DNA of 64,000 nt from an uncultured Gemmatimonadales bacterium (GTDB lineage: Bacteria > Gemmatimonadota > Gemmatimonadetes > Gemmatimonadales > GWC2-71-9). Of this stretch, positions 8,622 through 16,914 are shown one piece after another (the stretch's first letter is position 1; each line of letters starts with the position of its first letter). The stretch is from contig CAWHMT010000004.1 in assembly GCA_963830455.1 (NCBI GenBank), positions 178,644 through 242,643 of the forward strand, in the 5' to 3' direction. Below the pieces are notes generated by a model, which saw nothing but the letters and a program-made list of their open reading frames with translations, did not search any database and was not told the origin of the DNA. The position numbers and the translations under genes were made by a program.

Positions 8622-10318
8622 GGACGACGGGGAGGAGAGTTCACATCGTGAGAGCGTTCGCTGCGGCTGTGGCAGCGCTCGTCCTGGGCTCGGCAAGCCT
8701 GTCGGCGCAGTATGCCCGCCGATACGAGGTGGGACTCTTCGGGGGCTTCACCAAATACGACGACGCATTCCAGCTCGCCAACAAGAGCGGCGGCGGCGTG
8801 CGGTTCGCGTATTCATTCACTCCCCTCATTGCCGTGGAAGTCGAAGGACTGTTCCAGTCGCCCCAGGACGTCAGCACGGTGCACGTGGAGCCGCTCATCG
8901 GCAGCGCGAGCCTGGTCTTCAACGCCCTCAACAAGAGCCGGATGAGCGCTTACCTGCTCGGCGGCTACACGCGACTCGATTTCGGAAATACGAGCCCGTA
9001 CGACTTCACCGACGGCGGTTTCCACGGAGCCGCGGGCGCGAAGTTCTACCTGAGCTCGCGGGTGGCGCTGCGCATCGAGGGACGCGGCATCTACACCGCA
9101 GAAACCAAAAGCGCGTTCGCCACTGGCTCGCAGAGCGCCACGCACATCGTGGGATCCGCCGGCCTGTCCTTCTTCCAGGCCGGCGGCACGCCCTCGGTTG
9201 ACACCGACCAGGACCGCGTCGAGGACAAGAGCGACGCCTGCCCCAACACGCCGCTTGGCGCCAGTGTGGACAAGCGCGGCTGCCCGGGCGACGAAGACAC
9301 CGACACCGTTCTCAACGGGATCGACAAGTGCCCCGGTACGCCGAGCGGCGCGGAGATCGATGCGACCGGCTGCCCGCATGACCAGGATGGCGACCGGGTT
9401 TGGGACGGCATCGACAAGTGCCCGGATACGCCGGCTGGAACGACCGTGGATGCGCGCGGTTGTCCTCCCACACCGGGGGACAGCGACGCTGATGGCGTGA
9501 ACGATCTACTCGACAAGTGCCCCGCGACACCCAGCGGCGCGACGGTGGATTTCAACGGCTGCCCGATCGATTCCGATCGCGACGCGGTGTGGGACGGCCT
9601 GGACAAGTGCCCCGACACGCCGATCGGCGCGTTGGTCGATCCGACGGGCTGTCCCAAGGACAGCGATGGTGACCGGGTGTTTGACGGCATCGATCGCTGC
9701 CCCGATACGGCCGCCGGCACCCCGGTCGATGCGTACGGCTGTCCCGCTGACAGCGACAAGGACGGCGTGGGCGACGGCTTCGATAAGTGCCCGAACACAC
9801 CGCCCGGTACGGTGGTCGACGCGAATGGCTGCCCGCCGGCGAAAGACACCGACGGCGACGGTGTCATCGATCCGCAGGATCGGTGCCCGAACACCCCGCT
9901 GAATACGGGGAGGGCCATCGATCAGTACGGGTGCCTGGTGCTGTTCGACAGCACGACGGTCGTGCGCGGCGCGCCACGCCCGACCATCATTCTCAAGGGC
10001 GTGCAGTTCGAGAGCGGTCGTTCGGTCCTCACAGTGGCATCCTACGCCGTGCTGGATCAGGTGGCGGCGTCGCTGATCGCGAATCCGGAGATCCGGATCG
10101 AGGTCGCGGGCTATACCGATTCCACGGGCGCGCGCATGATGAACCTGCAGCTTTCGATGGCACGCGCGGGCGCGGTGCGCGCATATCTCGCGCGTCGCGG
10201 AGTCAGTCCGATGCGGATGTCTGCGAGAGGATTTGGGGCATCGGGGTACATCGCGCCGAATGCGACGCCTGAGGGCAGATCGCAGAATAGACGGGTCGAG
10301 TTGCACAAGTTGAATTAG
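8618..10318 (+). CDS. OmpA-family outer-membrane protein paralog: beta-barrel + 8 TSP3 repeats + OmpA C-domain
   Basis: The TTG start overlaps the previous stop (TTGA). It has a signal-like AAAVAALVLGSASLSAQ, the same domain order as the upstream gene, and ends GYTDSTGA...NRRVELHK. Confidence 0.85.
   Translation: MRTTGRRVHIVRAFAAAVAALVLGSASLSAQYARRYEVGLFGGFTKYDDAFQLANKSGGGVRFAYSFTPLIAVEVEGLFQSPQDVSTVHVEPLIGSASLVFNALNKSRMSAYLLGGYTRLDFGNTSPYDFTDGGFHGAAGAKFYLSSRVALRIEGRGIYTAETKSAFATGSQSATHIVGSAGLSFFQAGGTPSVDTDQDRVEDKSDACPNTPLGASVDKRGCPGDEDTDTVLNGIDKCPGTPSGAEIDATGCPHDQDGDRVWDGIDKCPDTPAGTTVDARGCPPTPGDSDADGVNDLLDKCPATPSGATVDFNGCPIDSDRDAVWDGLDKCPDTPIGALVDPTGCPKDSDGDRVFDGIDRCPDTAAGTPVDAYGCPADSDKDGVGDGFDKCPNTPPGTVVDANGCPPAKDTDGDGVIDPQDRCPNTPLNTGRAIDQYGCLVLFDSTTVVRGAPRPTIILKGVQFESGRSVLTVASYAVLDQVAASLIANPEIRIEVAGYTDSTGARMMNLQLSMARAGAVRAYLARRGVSPMRMSARGFGASGYIAPNATPEGRSQNRRVELHKLN
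9198..9930 (+). repeat. In-frame tandem TSP3 repeat array, 8 units
   Basis: Eight units: DACPNTPLG, DKCPGTPSG, DKCPDTPAG, DKCPATPSG, DKCPDTPIG, DRCPDTAAG, DKCPNTPPG, DRCPNTPLN. It shares near-identical DNA stretches with the 7719-8262 array (for example aacggctgcccgatcga). Confidence 0.8.
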
Positions 10319-10340
10319 GACAAGCAAAAGCTAGGTGCGT

Positions 10341-10424
10341 AGACGCACCGCGGTTCGCAGGAGTGAGGGGTCGGGACAACACCGCTTGTCCCGACCCCTT
10401 TTGACTGTTTACCGCGGTGCGTCT
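10341..10424. repeat. 14-bp perfect inverted repeat bracketing the terminator
   Basis: agacgcaccgcggt (10341-10354) is the exact reverse complement of accgcggtgcgtct (10411-10424). CTAG lies at both flanks (10331-10334 and 10431-10434), and TTTTT follows at 10435-10439. Confidence 0.6.
10367..10402 (+). terminator. Rho-independent terminator of the OmpA pair
   Basis: 13-bp perfect stem ggggtcgggacaa (10367-10379) / ttgtcccgacccc (10386-10398), a 6-nt loop, then TTTT (10399-10402). Confidence 0.75.
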
Positions 10425-10485
10425 GTGCAGCTAGTTTTTGCAGGTCCTGCTTGTATTTTGGCTCGCCCCGTCACCCGAGTCTTCT

Positions 10486-12582
10486 ATGCGTTTGCGTCAT
10501 GCGTTGGTCGCAGGCTTTCTGATTCTGCCCGTCTGTCCGCCGGTCCCACTGTCCGCCCAGGCTCGCCCCTGGCAATCGACCGACTACTATCGGCTGACGG
10601 TCGTCGGCGATCCGGAGCTGGCGCCCGACGGCCGGCGCGTCGCATTCGTCGTGACCACGGTGGTCGAAGACAAAGACCGGCGGCACAACGAGATCTGGAT
10701 GGCGGCCACCGATGGCTCCGCCGCGCCGTTCCGCTATACCAGCCCGTCCACCGAGGCCAGCAATCCCACGTGGTCGCCGGATGGGTCGTTGCTCGGGTTC
10801 TCGAGCAAGCGCGAAGGCTCCGACGACGACGTCTGGTTTCTCAGGACGTCGGCGCCCGGGGGTGAAGCGTTTCAGATCAAAGGCGTGCACGCCATGCCCG
10901 CCTTTTCGCGCGATGGTCAGTGGCTGCTCTACGCCTGGCGCGGGGAAGAGCCCGACAGCCTCAAGAAGGAACCGTGGCGCAACCGCGTGTCGCCCACCGC
11001 GATCACGCGCGGTCCCGACCCCAAACGCTTTGACGGGCGGGTCTACACGTCGATCCCGGTCGTGGGCGATGAGCGCGGGTACCTGCCGCCAAGGGAGACG
11101 CGGCGCCCCAGCCATCTCTACCTGGTTCCTCTCGCCGGCGGCACGCCGCGCCAGCTCACCCGTGGCGAGCTGAGCCAGACGTCACCAGCCTGGTCGCCGG
11201 ACGGGCGCATGATCGCGTTCGAGCAGGACACGAGCGAGAACCGCGAAGTGCGCGACGACGGCTGGCCCGCGCTCTTTGTGTACACGCTCGCCGACAGCTC
11301 GACGCGCGCGCTGCCCACCGGGTATCCGCAGAGCAGCAATCCCGCGTGGTCACCCGACGGACGCGCGATCGCGTTCATCTGCTCGAAGGGCCGTGGGATG
11401 GAAAACGACGTCTGTGTCGTTCCGGTCAGCGGCGGAACGGCTCGAACGCTCACGGCCGATTGGGGCCTCGACCCGAACGGGGTCACGTGGTCCGCCGACG
11501 GCAAGACCATCTATTTCTTCGCCGAGACGAGCGGCAACGTGCATCTCTTTTCAGTGCCCGCGGCCGGCGGCGCGGTGCGCCCCGTGACGAGCGGGGAACG
11601 GCAGCTGCGCGGGTTCACCGTGAGCGCGGACACGCGGTCCCTGGCGTACACCTCGAGCGACATCACCCACGGTACCGAGCTGTACGTCACGGCGATCGGC
11701 CGTGGCCAGGAGCGGCGGCTCACGTCATTCAATGATTCGCTGTTCAAGCAGGTCACGCTGATCCCCGCCGACACGTTTTGGTTCGCCGGCGTCGGCGGAT
11801 TGAAGGTCCAGGGATGGCTCATGAAGCCCTCCGGCTATCAGCCGGGCAAGACGTACCCGCTGGTGCTCTCGATCCACGGCGGTCCGCACTCCAACTACGG
11901 CAACGTACTGTTCCCCGAATTCCAGATGCTCGCGGGCCAGGGCTACTGGATGCTGTTCACCAATCCGCGCGGCTCGAGCGGCTACGGGCACGCGTTCACG
12001 TTTTCGACGCGCGCGCGCTGGGGCATGGAGGACTACCAGGATCTGATGCAGGCGGTGGACGTCGCGATCGCCCGCGCCAAAGGCGGCGTCGACACGACGC
12101 GCATGGCGGTGCTCGGTGGATCGTACGGTGGATTCATGACCAACTGGATCGTCGGCCACACGAACCGCTTCCGCGTAGCGCAGACCGACCGTTCGATCTT
12201 CAACTGGTATTCCTGGTACGGATCGTCGGACGCACAGGGATTGACCGAGTACGAATTCAGCGGCACGCCCTGGGAAGCCGACTCGCTCTACCGCGCGCTC
12301 TCGCCGATGACGTACGCGAACAACATGCGGACACCGATGCTGATCGTGCACTCCGAGGATGACAAGCGCACGCCGATCACCGATGGGGAGCAGTTGTTCA
12401 TGTCGCTACGCAAGCGCGGCGTGCCGGCGGAGTTTGTGCGCTATCCGCGCTCGTTCCACGGCCTCTCGCGGACCGGACCACCGTGGCTGCTCGTCGACCG
12501 GCTGGAGCGGATTCGCACCTGGTTCGCGCATTGGCTCGGCACCGGTGACACCGCTCCGGCGGCGACGACGAGCCAGCATTGA
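10486..12582 (+). CDS. S9-family serine peptidase (prolyl oligopeptidase / acylaminoacyl-peptidase type) with TolB-like propeller
   Basis: The track ORF starts at 10438; the ATG at 10486 gives the signal peptide MRLRHALVAGFLILPVCPPVPLSAQ. It has repeated WSPDG motifs, the nucleophile elbow LGGSYGGFM, and a C-terminal SEDDKRTP...FHG. Confidence 0.85.
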   Translation: MRLRHALVAGFLILPVCPPVPLSAQARPWQSTDYYRLTVVGDPELAPDGRRVAFVVTTVVEDKDRRHNEIWMAATDGSAAPFRYTSPSTEASNPTWSPDGSLLGFSSKREGSDDDVWFLRTSAPGGEAFQIKGVHAMPAFSRDGQWLLYAWRGEEPDSLKKEPWRNRVSPTAITRGPDPKRFDGRVYTSIPVVGDERGYLPPRETRRPSHLYLVPLAGGTPRQLTRGELSQTSPAWSPDGRMIAFEQDTSENREVRDDGWPALFVYTLADSSTRALPTGYPQSSNPAWSPDGRAIAFICSKGRGMENDVCVVPVSGGTARTLTADWGLDPNGVTWSADGKTIYFFAETSGNVHLFSVPAAGGAVRPVTSGERQLRGFTVSADTRSLAYTSSDITHGTELYVTAIGRGQERRLTSFNDSLFKQVTLIPADTFWFAGVGGLKVQGWLMKPSGYQPGKTYPLVLSIHGGPHSNYGNVLFPEFQMLAGQGYWMLFTNPRGSSGYGHAFTFSTRARWGMEDYQDLMQAVDVAIARAKGGVDTTRMAVLGGSYGGFMTNWIVGHTNRFRVAQTDRSIFNWYSWYGSSDAQGLTEYEFSGTPWEADSLYRALSPMTYANNMRTPMLIVHSEDDKRTPITDGEQLFMSLRKRGVPAEFVRYPRSFHGLSRTGPPWLLVDRLERIRTWFAHWLGTGDTAPAATTSQH

Positions 12583-14942
12583 TGCTGCGGCGGGCGTTGT
12601 TTCTGGCGCTGGCAGGCACCCTGCTGGCTGGATCGATGCTCGCCCAGCAGCGTCGCCCGCGGCCTGCGCCGCCCCCGGCCGCCCCTCGCCGCCCTGCGCC
12701 GCCGGTTATCCCCACGCCACGCTCCATCCTCGGCTTCGAGCCCGGGGAGGATCGCAAACTCGTCGAGTGGCCGGTCCTGGTCCGCTACTTCGAAGCCCTG
12801 GCCAAGGCGAGCGACCGCGTCGACTACCGCGAGCTCGGCAAGACGACGCTGGGCGCGCCGTTCATCGCCGTGGCGATCTCGAGCCCGCAGAACCTCCGGC
12901 GTCTGGATTACTTCCGACAGGTGAACGCCGGGCTCGCGGATCCCCGCGTGTTCCGCACGGCCAAGGCGGCGCGGGACGCGCTGACCAACGGCAAGACGAT
13001 CGTGCTGATCACGTCGAGCATTCACTCGACGGAGGTCGGCGGCCATCTGTCGCCGGTCGTGCTCGCGTACCGGCTCGCGACCGACACCAGCGCCACGACG
13101 CGCGCGATCCTCGACAACGTGATCCTGTGGCTCGTGCCTTCTCTGAACCCCGACGGCGTGACCATCGTGGCGAAGTGGTACAACCGCACCCTGGGGACGC
13201 CCGCCGAGGGCACATCGCCGCCCGAGCTGTACCACCACTACACGGGTCACGACAACAATCGGGACTGGTACGCCTTCACCCAGGTCGAGACGCGGCTCAC
13301 GGTCGATTCGCTCTATAGCGTGTGGCATCCGCAGATCGTGCACGACATTCACCAGATGGGCTCGAACGGCGCGCGCCTGTTTCTCCCTCCCTATCTCGAT
13401 CCGGTCGAGCCCAACGTCGATCCGCTCCTGATCGACGGCGTGAACGCGCTCGGCACCGCGATGGCTTGGGAGCTGGCCGGGCAGGGGAAGACCGGCATTT
13501 CGATCAACTCCACGTACGATGCGTGGACGCCGGCGCGGGCGTACCAGCACTACCACGGCGGCGTGCGCATTCTCTCGGAGACGGCGAGCGCCGATCTCGC
13601 GACGCCAATCGACGTGCCGTTCGATCGCCTCGAAGCGCGCGAGCGCGGGTTCAATCCCCGGGAGCGCTCCTGGAATTTCACGAACCCGTGGCGCGGGGGC
13701 CGGTGGACGTTGCGCGACATCGTGTCGTACCAGAGCGAAGGCGCCTACGCGCTGCTCACGCAGGCGGCGCGCGCGCGCGAGCGCTGGCTCGCAAACTTCT
13801 TCACCATCGGGACGCGCGCGAGCCGGGGATGGCGCGAATGGCCGTACGCTTACGTCATCCCCGCGCGCCAGGACTCGGTCGCGCTCAGCGCCATGCTCGA
13901 GATTCTGCGCCGCGGCGGCGTCGAGATTCGGCGCGCCCTCCAGGCGTTCAGCCTGCAAGGCCAGCGCTACAACGCAGGCACGTACGTGATCGTGCTGAAC
14001 CAGCCGTATGCCGCGTTCGCGAAAACACTGCTCGAACCCCAGCGCTATCCTGACCGGCGGCAGTATCCCGGTGGCCCGCCGGAACGGCCGTACGACGTCA
14101 CGGCACACACACTGCCGCTGCTGATGGGCGTGAACGCGGTGGTCGCGAACGATTCGCTGCGCGTGTCGTTGTCGTCGCCGGTGACGCCACGCGTCATAGC
14201 GCCTGTTCCCCCGCTCCGAACGGACTCGCTGCCGCGGATCGGTCTCTACAAATCCTACGACGCGGCGATGGACGAAGGCTGGACGCGGTGGGTGTTCGAC
14301 AATTGGAAAGTCCCGTACGCCTCGCTCGTCGATTCCGTGGTGCGCGCGGGCAAGCTGCACGAGCAGTTCGACGTGATCATCCTGCCGGATCAGTCGCCCC
14401 GCGAGATCCTCGAAGGCTTGCCGCGCCGCTATCCCGCGCCGTACGCCGGCGGGTTGGGGCCCGACGGCAGTGACGCGCTGCGGGAATTCGTCGTCGCCGG
14501 CGGGACCCTCATCGCGATGAACGAGGCCAGCCGGTTTGCAATTCAGGCACTGCTGCTCCCGGTCCGCAACGTGCTCGAAGCGATGCCGGATGAAGACTTC
14601 TACGCGCCCGGTTCGATCTTTCGGCTCGAGCTCGACACCGCGAGCGCCGTCGCCCGCGGCATGCCGCGGGAAACGATCGGGTGGTTTGAGGGCAGCCCCG
14701 CGTTCGAGTCGCTCGACTCGACCGCCTCACGCGTGATCGGCAGGTGGCCCGCGGATCCTGCGAAGGTCCTGTTGTCGGGATGGGTACTGCATCCAGAGCG
14801 CGTCGCGGGAAAGGCGGCGATCCTCGAAGTGCAGCAGGGCACCGGCCGTGTGATCCTGTTCGGACTTCGGCCGCAGTATCGCGGCCAGAGCATCGTTACT
14901 TACCCATTGCTATTCAATAGCTTGCGGCCAGCCACCCGATAG
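12579..14942 (+). CDS. M14-family zinc carboxypeptidase-like protein (large, secreted)
   Basis: ATGA overlap with the S9 gene. It has the signal peptide MMLRRALFLALAGTLLAGSMLAQ and the motifs SSIHSTEVGG (HxxE) and VPSLNPDG. Confidence 0.8.
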   Translation: MMLRRALFLALAGTLLAGSMLAQQRRPRPAPPPAAPRRPAPPVIPTPRSILGFEPGEDRKLVEWPVLVRYFEALAKASDRVDYRELGKTTLGAPFIAVAISSPQNLRRLDYFRQVNAGLADPRVFRTAKAARDALTNGKTIVLITSSIHSTEVGGHLSPVVLAYRLATDTSATTRAILDNVILWLVPSLNPDGVTIVAKWYNRTLGTPAEGTSPPELYHHYTGHDNNRDWYAFTQVETRLTVDSLYSVWHPQIVHDIHQMGSNGARLFLPPYLDPVEPNVDPLLIDGVNALGTAMAWELAGQGKTGISINSTYDAWTPARAYQHYHGGVRILSETASADLATPIDVPFDRLEARERGFNPRERSWNFTNPWRGGRWTLRDIVSYQSEGAYALLTQAARARERWLANFFTIGTRASRGWREWPYAYVIPARQDSVALSAMLEILRRGGVEIRRALQAFSLQGQRYNAGTYVIVLNQPYAAFAKTLLEPQRYPDRRQYPGGPPERPYDVTAHTLPLLMGVNAVVANDSLRVSLSSPVTPRVIAPVPPLRTDSLPRIGLYKSYDAAMDEGWTRWVFDNWKVPYASLVDSVVRAGKLHEQFDVIILPDQSPREILEGLPRRYPAPYAGGLGPDGSDALREFVVAGGTLIAMNEASRFAIQALLLPVRNVLEAMPDEDFYAPGSIFRLELDTASAVARGMPRETIGWFEGSPAFESLDSTASRVIGRWPADPAKVLLSGWVLHPERVAGKAAILEVQQGTGRVILFGLRPQYRGQSIVTYPLLFNSLRPATR

Positions 14943-14997
14943 GTGTGGGGCTGATCCTTGCCCCGGCAGGGGTCGATTTCCTATGTTGGTGGCCCCT

Positions 14998-16179
14998 ATG
15001 AAGTTGGCTCGCCTTTCCAGCGCAGTGATGCTCTGGGCCGCGATCACGAGTCGCGGCCTTTTTGCCCAGCAACTGCCGGGCTCCGCCGACAGCATGCTGC
15101 TGCGCGGTGCCGAGCTGCGCTACATCCTCCCCGAGCCGCTGTTCGGAGACGCGTTCGAAGCTGAGCCCGTCAAAGCGCTGTATGTGAATGCGTGGGCCTT
15201 CGGCTCCTCGAAGCTCCAACAGCTCGTGACACTCGCCGATTCCACCGAGATCAACGCCTTCGTCGTCGACGTCAAGGACGATACGGGCTGCCTCCTGTAT
15301 CCGTCGGAAGTGACCGTGGCGCAACAGATCGGCGCGACGCGGTGCGTGCGCACGCGGGACGTGAAGTCCCGCCTCGACACGCTGCGCGCCCACGACATCT
15401 ACGCGATCGCGCGGATCGTTGTCGCCAAGGATCCGCTGCTCGCCGAGCATCGGCCGCAGTGGTCGGTGCAACATCGGGACGGCGGGTTGTGGCGCGACCG
15501 GATCGGCAGCGCCTGGGTGGATGCGTACAATGATTCGGTGTGGATCTACGCGGCGCAGCTGGCCGAGGAGGCGGTGCGGCTGGGCTTTTCCGAGGTCCAG
15601 TTCGACTACGTGCGCTTTCCGGACGAGCCGAAGGAGATGATGGCGCAGGCGGTTTTTTCGTCGCGCGGTCGGGGAGAGACGCAACGCTCCGGCGTGCAAG
15701 CGGGCATCGCGATTCTGGCGAATCGCATTCAACCATTGGGCGTCCCGATCACCTTCGATATTTTCGGTCTCACCGCGGCTGCCACCGGTGATCTGGGCAT
15801 CGGCCAGGTGTGGGAGGACTTCATCACGGTTGCCGACGTCGTGCTCCCGATGGTGTACCCGAGCCACTACTATCGCGGCAGTTACGGGCTCGCCGTGCCC
15901 AACGCGGAGCCATACCGAGTTGTACGAAATGCTCTAATGGAAGCGATCGAGCGCTCGCGGCCCGTCGCGAACGCGGCCACGATCCGGCCGTACCTGCAGG
16001 CGTTCACGCTCGGCCGCCGCAAGCCGCGCTACACGCCGCATGAGATTCGCGAGCAGATTCGCGCTGCCGAAGAGCTCGGCATCGAAACGTGGGTGCTGTG
16101 GAATCCGCGCAGCGTGTATCAGCGGGATTCGCTCAAGCCCTACCGGGAGGTCCCCCCAATTACGGGCGGCGCCCAGTAG
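14998..16179 (+). CDS. Putative glycoside-hydrolase-like TIM-barrel protein (DUF4015-type)
   Basis: The track ORF starts at 14983; the ATG at 14998 gives the signal MKLARLSSAVMLWAAITSRGLFAQ. VKALYVNAWAFGS...INAFVVDVKDDTG...FSEVQFDYVRFPDE resembles the DUF4015 family (recalled from memory, unverified). Confidence 0.65.
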   Translation: MKLARLSSAVMLWAAITSRGLFAQQLPGSADSMLLRGAELRYILPEPLFGDAFEAEPVKALYVNAWAFGSSKLQQLVTLADSTEINAFVVDVKDDTGCLLYPSEVTVAQQIGATRCVRTRDVKSRLDTLRAHDIYAIARIVVAKDPLLAEHRPQWSVQHRDGGLWRDRIGSAWVDAYNDSVWIYAAQLAEEAVRLGFSEVQFDYVRFPDEPKEMMAQAVFSSRGRGETQRSGVQAGIAILANRIQPLGVPITFDIFGLTAAATGDLGIGQVWEDFITVADVVLPMVYPSHYYRGSYGLAVPNAEPYRVVRNALMEAIERSRPVANAATIRPYLQAFTLGRRKPRYTPHEIREQIRAAEELGIETWVLWNPRSVYQRDSLKPYREVPPITGGAQ

Positions 16180-16197
16180 ACCCTATATTCTCGCGAC

Positions 16198-16914
16198 ATG
16201 AAAAAGCTCTTGATGCTGGCGCTCGCCGGGGCACTGGCCGCGTGCTCCGACGCCGGCGGGGTTGATCCCGACGCGATTGATGATGCCGAGATCCTCGCCG
16301 TTCGCACGGCACTCGATTCGGCCTTCCTGCACGATACGATCCTCGACCCGGCGTTTACGGGAGACTCGGGACTCTATGCGCTGATGTCGGCGCTGGTGTT
16401 TCCCTTCATCGATCGCGCCTCCCGCATCGTGCAGGGCGGCGATACCACGCGCACCGTCGGCATCGAGTTCGACATCAACGCCACGCTGGGGGACAGCCAG
16501 GTCACGAGCAATCTGTCCGCTGTGCTTGCATGGACGGGATTCGACGCCACGGCCGAGACGGTGGATTCGGTCTATTTCCTGTTGGGATCCGGGCGCGCAC
16601 CGGTCAGTGATTCACTGTGGGAGCGGTTCACGCTCGACACGGCAGCTACGGGAACGGGCTTCGTGATTCACCAGCTTCCGGATTTCACCGTCAGGAAGTG
16701 GTTATCGCGCGGCGGGCACCTGCGCACGACGGCGAGCCAGTACGGCTCGCCTCAAGGGAATTCGACGTTCTCGGTGTTTCGCGGCACACTCAGCGGCGAA
16801 TACACAATCACCGCGAAGGTGGTGCCGGATTCGAGTACGACGGTCACCTCAGCGCTTGATTTCGGGAGTGGCTCGCACGCGATCAAGGTGCAGATCCGCG
16901 GCAGCCTCCCCTAG
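16198..16914 (+). CDS. Hypothetical lipoprotein
   Basis: MKKLLMLALAGALAAC is a lipobox. I recognise no family for the rest. Its TAG stop shares the CTAG palindrome with the stop of the convergent gene. Confidence 0.6.
   Translation: MKKLLMLALAGALAACSDAGGVDPDAIDDAEILAVRTALDSAFLHDTILDPAFTGDSGLYALMSALVFPFIDRASRIVQGGDTTRTVGIEFDINATLGDSQVTSNLSAVLAWTGFDATAETVDSVYFLLGSGRAPVSDSLWERFTLDTAATGTGFVIHQLPDFTVRKWLSRGGHLRTTASQYGSPQGNSTFSVFRGTLSGEYTITAKVVPDSSTTVTSALDFGSGSHAIKVQIRGSLP

Noticed and set aside
7719-9930. Regular ~95-bp periodicity that could be mistaken for a CRISPR or satellite array
   Set aside because: The repeats are in-frame TSP3 protein repeats with variable 'spacers' that also encode conserved residues. 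No direct-repeat/spacer structure or cas genes are present. The same reasoning applies to the 93-bp HEAT array at 49215-50146.
12441-14360. 639-aa ORF on the minus strand
   Set aside because: It is antisense to the M14 peptidase gene. Its composition is dominated by Arg/Gly/Pro/Ala/His with no motifs, which is typical of shadow ORFs in GC-rich DNA. The plus-strand product has family motifs and a signal peptide.
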